DNA from: Octopus sinensis | Lineage: Eukaryota | Direction of reading: 5' to 3' | Assembly (NCBI RefSeq): GCF_006345805.1 | Contig: NC_043000.1 | Location: 69,998,001 to 70,062,000 of the forward strand | Length of the DNA: 64,000 nucleotides | Shown here: positions 26,012 to 40,192 of the stretch, in pieces | Numbering within the stretch: position 1 is the stretch's first letter | Layout of the letters: every line of letters begins with the position of its first letter | Position numbers and translations under genes: made by a program | The notes under the pieces: generated by a model | What the model saw: the letters and a program-made list of their open reading frames with translations, nothing else | What the model was told of the DNA's origin: nothing | The model's database searches: none

Positions 26012-26771
26012 CTAGCATTAAAGACCCGTCGTTGCCGGGTCATAGTGCTAGTGCATGTATATATGTGTATATATATATGTACATATTACATGTACATCTA
26101 TATATATACATCTACACATAAAATGCAAAATACAAAGTTATATCTTGATATCGCTAGTGATAACAATACTCAAATTATATAACAGACTGTAATTGTTAGC
26201 TCTTCTTTTTTCTCTACATTGTATACTTTATAGACAATAGTTTTTTCTTTAATTTAATTTTTTATTATCCATCTGGACTGTTCCATTTCTGCAAGCTAAT
26301 TTTATTTTTAATTTAATTCCCATTCATGTGAAACCACTTATTCAAGTTCAAATCATTGATGCAATTTTATACTAATTGCTATTTTACTTATATTATACTT
26401 TAGTTTGATTTTAATTATTACTTACTACATATAATTCAATTGTTATTATTATTTTTATTGTTAAAGTGAAAGCATCTGACATAAAATAGAGAAATATTTT
26501 TGTTTCACTTTTAACACGTAATACTGAAATAGTGGAGAAGATATGATATTGCTATGGGCTCGCTCTAGGCAAGAAGTTGAACATTTTTGTGCCTATGAAA
26601 CTACATGGACCCTAAGTAAGGCATGTGTAAAATTTGAATGAAATTGGTTGTGTAGTTCTCAAGTTTTAGGGAATCGTAGTGGAGAAGATATGATATTGCT
26701 GTGTAGTTCTCAAGTTTTAGAGAAACACACAGACAGACAGACACACATTCTCAGTTTTATATATATAAAGA
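26012..26771 (-). mobile_element. Non-autonomous Helitron-like element
   Basis: Minus 5' TCTTTATATATATAAA; 3' GACCCG-gcaacga-CGGGTC hairpin followed by CTAG; the body matches 55705-55885. Confidence 0.7.
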
Positions 26772-26826
26772 TATATATAGCTGATTTTTCTTTCGTTACG
26801 GATAGGTTGTTGAACAAGAAACAAGA

Positions 26827-27862
26827 ATGAGGAAACAGTGGTCTACAGAACCCTCTCGTTAGCAACCAAGAAAATTGAAATGGCGAAAGAGGAAGAGTTG
26901 GAAGAACGCTTAAAAGAAATAAGTAATACAGAATTCTATTGTAGAGGAAGGAAGTTTGGCACAGTGGAGGTGCGTTTCCCAACTGTGGAGGAGGCAGCAA
27001 AGCACTCTACTGTGACTCTGAAATCAGAAAAATGGGCACTACTGCCAAATTATCTCGGAAAGCGAGTGGCAAGAGTGAGAACTGGTAGGGTGTCTCCAGA
27101 GATCAATGAGATGTGGTTGCTACCAGCAATCCTGGTGGATACCAAAGATGACCCGCAAGTGCTGCAGGTGAGCAGCACTAAATTGTAGAGCTGAATTGGT
27201 GGGTATATGGCCTAGAAGTCATAATCCAGGCCACCACACTGGAACTACAAGAGATAACAGAAGGGATGGAGCTGCCAGAGGATGTGAGGCTGCGTGCGGT
27301 AGTGGACGGAAGACTTCCCACATGTACCACAGAAGAGAGAAAGGCCATATTAAGGCAAATTTCCCCCTTCTTGATAACCAAACGTCAATGGGTGTGAGAC
27401 AAGAGAGAAACAGTAGCAACGAGAAGCAGCCGGAAGGTACAGAGGTGGGAGATATGAATGAAGTACATGAAACTCAGAACAGGAAGGGAAAGGACATCAA
27501 GAAATGTCCACCCCCAAAGAACTATAAAAAAAGAAGAAGAAAGAACTGAGTGACACACAAACGTCCACACAGCAACAAACACACAAGAAAATCGCAGACA
27601 GCCCAGATTCCCATTAGGAATAGAAAAAAAGATACGACCATTTGTCACCTGTGGTAGAATTCGAAAAATTGAAACCGTTTTGTATTTACTAAGATAATTA
27701 TTCGGATAAACGTTGGATTTGGGATCGAGTAGCCAATACATCTTCATTTTTATATAATTTCATTTCATTCATCCGTTTATGTTTTTTGTCCCCACTTGCG
27801 CTGTCTTGTATGTCCTTGTTCGTCCCATCTGTGTAAGATCATATGGTCAATAAAAGAAATAT
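26827..27862 (+). mobile_element. Tx1/L1-like ORF1 (RRM-like + decayed CCHC) joined to a LINE-like 3' tail, no ORF2
   Basis: GTVEVRFPTVEEA..YLGKRVARVR; YHRREKGHIKANFP; tail ..ggtcaataaaagaaat. Confidence 0.6.
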
Positions 27863-27999
27863 TTTCCAATCATCTCTGACCGAGTTGATCGTAATTTTTG
27901 TTTGTACGAAAGATTTGGCGTAAGTTGTAATATTTGTGTTTATTTGTTGAATTTGCACTGTTGATTTATTACGTTGTTAAACTTTTGTTTAACAAACAC

Positions 28000-30900
28000 C
28001 TATTTTTCTGCTTGTGGAAGACCTTTGTTAACGTTGTGAAGTGGGGAAATATTGTTGTATTTTTTTTTAAAAAAAAAGGACAAATCGCCTATTAAAACCA
28101 AGACCAGTTGTGAACCTGGTACAAGTGAAGATATCAGAAGCGGAGAATGCAGCACAGTTTTAATTAGAATGCCGACATAAGAAGAATTTATGCAAGGAAG
28201 AAAAGCTAGCAATTTTGCAGCAGCGGCCGGTGTTTCAAAAAAGACATTGAATTGTGGAAGCGATGAGCTCGGAAAATACAAAGGTATGATGTAAAGGGAC
28301 GGGAGCGAAACAGTGATTACCCGTCCCAGTGAAATTACACCGAATGCACTGTGGTGCACCGTGATATATAAATAAGTTGTAACCAAAGTAAAAAACTGGG
28401 TAACGCAAGTAAAGAGGCGATTGTGCTGTGTCTCCGTCCAGTTTGGAACGACGTGGCATACATCACAAGAGGAGTGAAGTATGCCACAACAGAAGTCCGT
28501 TTTAAAACCGAGGAAAAGGCAAAACAAGGATCAACGGAGCCATTAAAACTGCGGAGGTGGTTCTCCAACTTAAGTATCTTGGAAGACGGAATTCCAAGAT
28601 TAAGGTATCCCAAGATTAAAGTATTCCCACCCAAAGTAGATCCCGCTTGGCTGGTGGCAGCCATAATAAACGGCTTGGTGGATAAGAACACAATTCTCCA
28701 AGCCTCAGCGCTTTGACTGCAGAATTGGAAGGAGCAAGGTCTCGAAATAATTATACAGGCTGCCCAGGCTCGTTTAGAAAATATAGAAACTTGCGGGTGG
28801 GGGAGACTAAGCTGCGAGTCACAGTAGTGGGAGGGTGCCTTGTTGCTACAAGTGCGGCCATAAAGGCCACATTAAGGCCGAGTGCAAACCTCCTCCCGAA
28901 AAAGCAGCGACTTCCCCACCTGAAGAAAAACAGAAGCTGCAGGATGAACCTTCGGAAAATGAAACAGACGAAGAGGAGATAGAGGAAACCCAAGGAGAAA
29001 CGTGGGAAATTTTCTCCAGAAAAAAAGAAAAAGACCCTCTCCATCCAACCTCACTAGTCCTACATCAAAACAAAAAACAACAACAAGCATCACCCAACTA
29101 CAAAACAAAATCCCAGCCCAAAATGTTTCCCACCCATTTAGACATGGATTATACTGCAGTAGTGTAATATGAATTTATATGTACAAATTTGCCAAAACAT
29201 TTTAAATAAAACATTCTCATTACTTGTGGTATTAACAATTCAAAGAAATGTTAAGAAACAATGAGAGGAATATGAACCAATCACTTCCTGAAAATTTTCA
29301 TAATTGATACAGTGTAACGCTATACTCATAAAAGTTTTCATTTAGAGTACTTAAACTTCCCCCAAAAATGTCAACTTTAACTCTTTTTTGTAAATCACAG
29401 ATATAATAAAGGGATAATATTGAAATTAGGAAACTATTGTAGCGCCTAAATGACATACCGAATGCGGCCAAAGTAACCAAAGACTACGGGGGAAAAACAT
29501 CCCTCAAAACATTGCTATTTATAAAATAGACAGAGCCAATTATAACATGTTGGCAAATAGATTTAAAAACGATACGGACCCTCTAGGGAAAGACTTTTCC
29601 CCACTAATGTTTGAGGACCTAGTCAACACCTCGCAAGCCCCGGACGAAAAACGAAAGGAATAAGATGGACGTACCACCCAATCTCAAACTGTAAGTATAA
29701 CCATTATGGATATTTTTAATGTAGAGTGTTTGAATGTACTCGGCCGGGGTCAGAGTGGAAACAAGATCGTTTCCTTAATGATCTAAAGTCGCATAGAACG
29801 GATATTATAGTTGCCACAGAGTCTAGACTGAGTAGTCAACCCCCCCCCCCAAATGGCTACGGAGAAATTATTTCTCCATGACTAACTGAAGGAGGGAAAG
29901 GCGTTGCTGTACTGCTCAGAAAAAACCCCGGATTTAGAGACAAGAAGTATCTTCATTGACCCGGAAGGTAGGTTGGTCGTCCTTGACGTGACACTAAGCA
30001 GGGGTAAGGTATTCAGGCTGGTAGCTGTCTATGCTCCATCGGGAACTGGATAGTCTGATTTTTTCGAGGCCTGGAGAAGCTTCTTGGGACGTCTCACACC
30101 ATAGTAATATTAGGTGACTTTAACGTAATCTGCGATGCATGCGTAGATTACGTTGGCTTGTCTACTGATAGGAGGGGAAACTCGTGCTTCAATAATCTGT
30201 TCAGTCGATTTCAACTAGCAGATAAGTTACAAACTAGATGTCCCAGATGCTCCATTGTGGACATAGACTAATAGCAATGGGTCATCTAGTTCTTACTTAG
30301 ACATGATTCTAATTAGGGAAATAGACAAAAACCTAGTTAGTCGTCCACAATTTCACTATGTCAGCTACAGTGATCACAAATTTGTGACCTGTAGGCTGGA
30401 CTTAGGTAATTTACGTAGACAGGGATCCGGCTACTGGAAACTCAATAAGTCACTTTTGGCTCATGAGTACAAGAATCGGATTAGACAGATAGTGATGAGA
30501 GCATTGTGTGGTGCCCTTATTAACAAAAAATGGTGGTATGCCCTCAAAAGAGCCATAAAATTTGAGTCTATTAGGTATAGCAAAGAATTAGTGGCTAAGA
30601 AAAATAGAGTAGAGAGGGCATTAGTTAGGACTCTAGACGAACCGCTGGAATTGGCTCCGCGCCCCGAGTTTTAGCTGCGAGAATGGCGCTTAACCATCAC
30701 CACCTCGAGACCAAAAACGAAGGATGCGTAATCAGGTCTAAACTACGTGCAATGTGTCGGGAATGAATCAAAGCCGCGGGATGGGCCTGTATGATAGAGA
30801 CCAAACGTGGCAATACTGGCAATATAAGGTATTTGATGAATAATCAAGGGAACTTGGTAAACGAATTTGAGAAGATGTGTAAGGTCTTTCAGGAGCATTT

Positions 30901-32350
30901 CACTTTGCTTTTTGGGAGTGGCAGCGGGCCGGTATGGAGGAGGGACCTCACGGACTTCCTTGCTGGCATGTAGCATCTTCCAGGGCGGGAAGCAGAGTGC
31001 TGGGAAGGGCCGATCACAGCTGCGGAGGTGCAGGAGGTTTTGTCGGAGTGCGGCGGGGATAAGTCACCGGGACTAGATGGTCTTCCCTACGAGCTTTATA
31101 ACAATATACCAGATTTTTCGGGCACCAACTGGCACGCTTCTTCACCAACTGGCAACAAAATGGATTTATACTCAGATCTGTGAACCGGGGAGTGGTGACA
31201 CTGCTTAGAAAGTACCCGAACAAGGGGGATATTAAAGATAATGTCAAGCCCATTACTTTTTACCACAGAATTGAAGATTTTGACCAAAGTGTTAGCAAAA
31301 AGGTTGGAGCGTGTAGTGGGTGAATCGTCGGGAAAGCACAAACTAGTGCCGCTTCTGGCAGATCCATACACGATAATCTTCGTCTTCTACGCTACACCGT
31401 AGATAGGGTTAACGGGTCTCCTGGTAAGGGTGGGAATCTAGTCCATTTACACCAGTCCACAGGGTTGATCATCGGTATCTGGTGTCGATCCTCGCAGCAT
31501 TTGGATTCAGCCCCGTCTTCCGCGGGTGGATCATTGCTTTATACAATAACATCGATTCGATCATTCGGGTGAACTGATTCGTCACGAAGCCGTTCAACAT
31601 CAAGCGCTCTGTTCGTCAAGAGTGTCCACTATCCACGCTTCAGCATGTATTGGCTCTAAAGCCCTTACTGCGGAAGTTATCGGACTCGAAGAGCGTCCCA
31701 CGCGATCTCGATTGCAGTAGGAAGGTTTCTGCGTACGCGGATGACACCACCATCATCGTGTCCAAGATGGTACACCTACAGAGGTTAGGCAAAGCCATTA
31801 AGGGCTACGAGGCGGTGGCAGGAGCAGAAGTTAACCGGGATAAGTCAGTTGGCTTGAAACTCGGTATCTGGAGAGGCAAGACGATACCTCCCAACAACGT
31901 CGTAGGGCGTTGGATGGAGGAGCCGGTTAAAATGCTAGGGGTTTCGTTTGGCCCAGACATCCAGATAGAGAAGAAGTAGAGCGTTTGACGAGCAGGATAA
32001 ACGACCTAACTCAGACCTGGTCTGAGCGGCAGTTATCCCTGAAAGGAAGGGCGGAGGTCGCAGGAGTGTTTATAGCTTCTGTATTTACCTACTTCCTAAC
32101 CGTCGTGCCTTGCCCCTGTTCGTGGCTGATCAAGCTGGAGCATGTAATTTCCTGTGTGCATTTTTTATATGCGTTTTTTATATGTGTACGTTTCAAACGC
32201 CATCCTTTCACTCTCTCTACCTCTATCCCTTTCTCTCTAATTTTCTGTTTCTCTTTCTTTTATTTGTTTCTTCTTCCCCCCCCCCTTTTCTCCCCCCCAC
32301 CATTTGTTATTCTCTGATTTTTCCTTTTATTTCTTTTTCCTGTAACAACT
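28000..32350 (+). mobile_element. Near full-length, decayed Tx1/L1-clade LINE (ORF1 ~28380-29167, EN-RT ORF2 ~29700-32150)
   Basis: CYKCGHKGHIKAEC; DPEGRLVVLDV, LGDFNVI, SDHKFV, GSGYWKLN; DKSPGLDGLPYELY; AYADDTT, GAEVNRDKS, KMLGVSFG. Confidence 0.88.
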
Positions 32351-32550
32351 AACTGTGTAAGCAAATACTAGGAGATTTTGTGCGCGTGCGTGCATACATA
32401 TATATGCATTTCTATATATTTATGTCTTGCCTATATATGTCTGTATATGTTTGTAGTCATGTACCTGCGTCTGTATGTTTAGTGTATATACATATATACG
32501 TTTAATGTGTATACACGTATATTATATATTGTTTGGTGTGTGTATATATT

Positions 32551-32675
32551 TATTTCGTTATTACCCACAAGGAGCTAAACATAGAGGGGACAAATAAGGA
32601 CAGACAAAGGGTTAAGTCGATTACATCGACCCCATTGCATAACTGGTACTTATTTAATCGACTCCGAAAGGATGA
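32551..32675 (-). mobile_element. SINE 3' fragment with an alternative tail
   Basis: Core gtcgattacatcgacccca..actggtacttattt plus a tail resembling 27801-27862. Confidence 0.7.
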
Positions 32676-33839
32676 TATTATTACGTAATATTATGTAAGG
32701 CACTATTACAATATAAAGTGTCATAATATCAATATATACCGCAATAAATTGTTGTTGACAAAGAACCGCAGAAATTGTATTCACCTCAATAGACGTCATT
32801 GATTGATTGAAATTGCCGAAATGCAAGAAATTTAACAAGAAATAGCTTGCAAACTACAGAATTTTCTCAAGAAAGCCAAGAGAAAAAGATGTTTTACGTA
32901 ACATTCTACCAGTATACGAAGTTTAAAAGTGTTTAGTTACAAAGAAATTATTTTAGAAATCTGTCGGTCAAAGTAAAAAGATCCATTTATTTTGTGCTTT
33001 ATTTACTTTGCTAGCTAGTCGTAGGGTCGTAGGGTCGACTAGTCACGACTAGCTAGCGCGGATTCCCGAGTACGCGAGTGCGCGCACCGGGACTACTCTT
33101 CTTAAATAGTACCCAACAATGAAATCTAATAAATTAACTAACATACGGAGATATATTCTCAAAAGCCAAAAGATAGAAATAGAAATAGAACACTTAAAAA
33201 GATAAATACACCGGGAAAACGTTGATAGAGACCACACAACAATGTCAAATAATATCATGAAGACTGGTACTGTAAAATTCAAAAACAAGCGTAATATGTC
33301 CTACAAAAACGAAAGAAAACCAACTCAAACCGTCGGAATGCATAATGATGAGGAAAAATACACCAAACCAGAACACAACAGACAAAAGTATAAAAGGAAA
33401 GGAATACAGAACGAATCTAAAACGTAGAAACAGTGAAGGCGAAATTAACCGTTATGATACTCTAAAAATTAGTATAATCAAAGAATTAAAAGCCACAGAT
33501 GTCACTATGAACCACCGATTTTACCTCCCAAAAATTAAAATTAAGAATAAGACAACATCAGTGATAAATAATATGCTGCTACTATCATACCACCTACATT
33601 CCTTCTTATTCTCCTTTGTCTTTCTCCTTCTTCTTCGTCTTCTTCTTCTCCGCCACTTTCTTCCTAACTTTCCCACTATTGCTGTTTAGAATAACACCTA
33701 CCCAAATTTTATAAACAATACATTCAAAAGAGATGTCTCTAGAATTCAATCACCTCTACCATCCACAATAGTCACTTTCAGGGCATTTGACCATTTAACA
33801 TCCTACTACTATCATGGCACTCCCGCATTCTTCTTTTCT

Positions 33840-34052
33840 TCTTCTCCTTCTTCTCTGCCAAGAATTCACGACCTCGAACCCACAAGAGTAAACAAGAGAA
33901 ACAGAGACAGGCAGAAACAAGGAAAATACCCCTTGTATTTGAATACTATGTAAATATTCTTTTAAAAGCTTTTATAATTTTTCCAAAATTTAATTGTTTT
34001 CCATACTTACAGTTGAAAAGTCCCAATGACTATAACCGGTACTGAAATGTTT
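33840..34052 (+). mobile_element. PLE 3' end/pLTR, same family as 49868-50070, with a degraded U3:A8 HHR (34007-34047)
   Basis: agagacagg.agaaacaaggaaa..ccc.tgtatttgaatactatg is shared; GAAA is mutated in this copy. Confidence 0.7.
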
Positions 34053-34147
34053 ATGTGTGTGTGTGTGTGTCAGTGTGTGTGTGTATGTGCGCGCGCGCGC
34101 GTGTGTGTGTATGTTTTAATGTTTAGAAACTATAAAGGAATATTCTT

Positions 34148-34358
34148 TTCTACTCTAGGCACAAGGCCCGAAATTCTGGAGGTGGGGGCCAGTCGATGAG
34201 ATCGACCAAGTACGCGACGGGTACTTAATTTATCGACCCCAAAAGGATGAAAGGCAAAGTCGACCTCGGCGGAATTTGAACTTAGATCGTAAAGGCAGAC
34301 GAATTAATGCTATGCATTTCGCCCGGCGTGCTAACGATTCTGCTAGCTCGCCACCTTA
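34148..34358 (-). mobile_element. Abundant tRNA-derived SINE, full length
   Basis: ..gtcgacctcggcggaatttgaact..cgcccggcgtgctaacgattctgc. Confidence 0.85.
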
Positions 34359-34734
34359 CTAAAAAATGAATATTGTCAACTGAGACAGATGAGACGATAC
34401 TGATTTGTGTTAACCTATCCCTTTTCGAAATTAGACTATTGTTATGTATATAAATTTCACTTGAAACAATTTAACTTTCATCACACTCCAATATATTTTT
34501 TTTAAATGTTTCAATACATCCAAGTAAATTAAAATGCTAACGTTTTCTGTCAAAATATATTGTTGTGAAAGTAACTATATATTCCAGAACGAGATTGATT
34601 AACACAAACTGTATCTACATTCATAATATTATTCCCTGCTCTTCCGTTTTTAGTTTATTGCTCTTACATTAAACCTAGATTTATATCAGTATTATTTGTC
34701 GATATATTATTTTTCGATTTACATACACACACAC

Positions 34735-34794
<60 letters not shown>

Positions 34795-35442
34795 GCATAA
34801 AAATGTATGTACAAATGTTTTTATACATATATATATACGTGTGTGTGTGTGTGTGTGTGTGTGTTCAGGAATGAAAGTGCTTTAGGGGGATTAGGTTGAC
34901 TGTAGAGAAGTGGAAATTAAGTGGAAATTGAAACTGAATACCAGTGCGTTCAGTTACGAAGTGGAGATTAATAATAAACGCTTTACCAGAGGCTCAGCAT
35001 ATCAAATGTCTCCAAAATTTGTGATATATCACGTTTACCATTCTAAGTGTGTAACGAACATTTTAATTTTCTTTCCCCTATGATCATTGACATGTCAAAT
35101 AATAGATCGGTCTTACGAAATCAGTCACGGAAGACAATACAATCGGCCTACTCGAGATAGAAAAATTCATATATTCTCTAACTGTTTTCTTAATAGTTTA
35201 CTGGTTTCTGTTTTTAGATTGCGGCTACAATGGGATTCCGTCCTCATTGGTTTAGCCATCATCTGTATTCCAGTACATATTTCATTGTGACATTTATTTT
35301 ATCGATTTCTTTTCACCAATAAACAACGTTACGAGGCATAAATAGCTTAAAATAATAAACAGGGCCACGCTAATACACACACTAAATAGACACCCATCCA
35401 GGCGTACACACAGGCAGACAGATACAGACATATGTGTGTATG

Positions 35443-35572
<130 letters not shown>

Positions 35573-35652
35573 AGGCATAAGCATAGCTGTGTGCTAAGAA
35601 GTTGGGAATGAACCCGGAACCACGAGATTGAGAAGCAAACTTATTATTTTTT

Positions 35653-35928
35653 ATTGGTTGGTTGAGCTGATTGGTTTAGGCGTCACGCTTTGTTGAACAT
35701 GTCAAGAGTCCTGTATCTTAACCCTGGCCGAGGCAGCAATTGTTGGGCTATTTTTAGAAATGTTGTAAATAACCTTTGTCAGAGATTTTTATATTTTTAT
35801 ATTTCAATTGTCATCATCATCATTGTAGCACCTTAATTATTGTTGCTAGTTGTGATGGTGGTGGCAATAGAACTTTTGACATGTTCAACAAAGCGTGACG
35901 CCTAAACCAATCAGCTCAACCAACCAAT
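35653..35928. repeat. 57-bp inverted repeat (1 mismatch) around a ~160-bp spacer, directly upstream of a pLTR-like segment
   Basis: 35653-35709 versus 35872-35928. Confidence 0.9.
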
Positions 35929-36083
35929 CAGCTTAAGTAATTGAGTGATACTACACACTGATTAGTCAGAATACAGTTTGCAAAACCTAGCAATCTGGAG
36001 CCTACACAGCTGTATTTAAGGCACAGATTTAATCATCTCGCTACAGTCAAAAATTGTGAAAAATGACTGTCACCACTACTACA

Positions 36084-36128
36084 TGAACCTGAAGATTGTA
36101 GAATTTAATGTATGAAAGTACTAGTTCA
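36084..36128 (+). ncRNA. Minimal type I hammerhead
   Basis: ugaac-CUGAAGA-u-ugua[gaauuuaa]ugua-u-GAAA-GUAC-UA-guuca. Palindromic AGUACU, triplet CUA; stem II pairs partly by G-U. Confidence 0.65.
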
Positions 36129-36252
36129 ATTAGAATGAACGTTTAACATTCTATTATTTTATTTTATTATATTATATCATATTATATCATAAGATTGTAA
36201 ATAAAACGTGAAAATCAGACAAGGTTGGAACTCCTTTTATTAATATATATAT

Positions 36253-36324
<72 letters not shown>

Positions 36325-36372
36325 CATATTTATATATATATATATAATATATATACATATATATACATATAT

Positions 36373-36570
36373 ATTACGGAGATGTACTCGCATAGCAAGT
36401 AATTTGATCTGAGATCGTGTGCTGAAACGAAAACAATTGCAGCGTGGAAGGTGTTTATAAGCCATTTAAGAAACACACAAAAGCCGTTCGATTCAACATT
36501 TAAGTTTAATTTGTCAAAATATTTTCGCCGCTAAAATCCGCGACCTGTTCACTGACAAAGTCCGTGCTGC
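36373..36570 (-). mobile_element. Solo pLTR-like repeat (family of 6600-6810)
   Basis: Reverse-complement match to 6600-6810. Confidence 0.7.
36510..36559 (-). ncRNA. Minimal hammerhead-like motif with a G3:C8 swapped core
   Basis: uuuguca-GUGAACA-g-gucgc[ggauuuua]gcggc-GAAA-auau-UU-ugacaaa; 7-bp stem I, 5-bp stem II, palindromic AAUAUU. Confidence 0.6.
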
Positions 36571-36990
36571 ATATATATATATAAAGGAAAAAGAACTGAG
36601 TTGTTGACTGCTTTTAAAAGAAGGGAACAGAAAACAAAGAGAAGAAAGAAGAAAAAGGACTGTGTTAAATGTTTTGAGAAACGAACTTTGTGTTTAAAAA
36701 AAAGAAAAAGAAAATGTTGTTAAATATTAAATGTGTTTTTTTTTTAAGGAACTAAGGAAAGAAAAAAATAAGAACTTTCCAAAGAATTGTTGTTGAATGT
36801 TTTGTTAAACATTGTTGTTGCATGTTTTGCTTAAAAAAAATTACTTTGACTACGCAACTCATGTGTGTTATATTTGTTGTTGTTGGCTCTACTGGATGCG
36901 TTTCGCTGCTTCACTGTCCGGAGTGGGTTTCTGATTTACTGAGCGTCGTCGCACGCGAGCTTCTCTGGGCCAGCAAACCGCGAGCTGCTT

Positions 36991-37046
36991 GTGTGAGGAC
37001 CTGGCATCGTGTGAGGACCTGGCATCGTGTGAGGACCTGGCATCGT
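36991..37046. repeat. 18-bp tandem repeat x3 (GTGTGAGGACCTGGCATC)
   Basis: Exact units at 36991, 37009 and 37027. Confidence 0.97.
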
Positions 37047-37080
37047 AGGCCTGCGTGCGGCGTAAAAAAAGAATATACAT

Positions 37081-37153
<73 letters not shown>

Positions 37154-37420
37154 CATATATATATACATACATACATATATATACTTGCATACATATATAA
37201 ATATATACATACATATATATATATACATACATACATATATACATACACACATATATATATATATATATAATACACGTCAGAAGTGACAGAGAGGGAGAGA
37301 AAAACAGCGAGAGGAGGAAGAAAGAGATGAGAGAGGCATCTTTTGCCCTATGTATAACTATAAATAAACAAATATATACATATGCGACCAGGTTAAGTGA
37401 TGAATTGTGTTGTTGAAATA

Positions 37421-40192
<2,772 letters not shown>

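Noticed and set aside
36991-37046. CRISPR-like repeat
   Set aside because: Contiguous units with no spacers, eukaryotic context, no cas genes.
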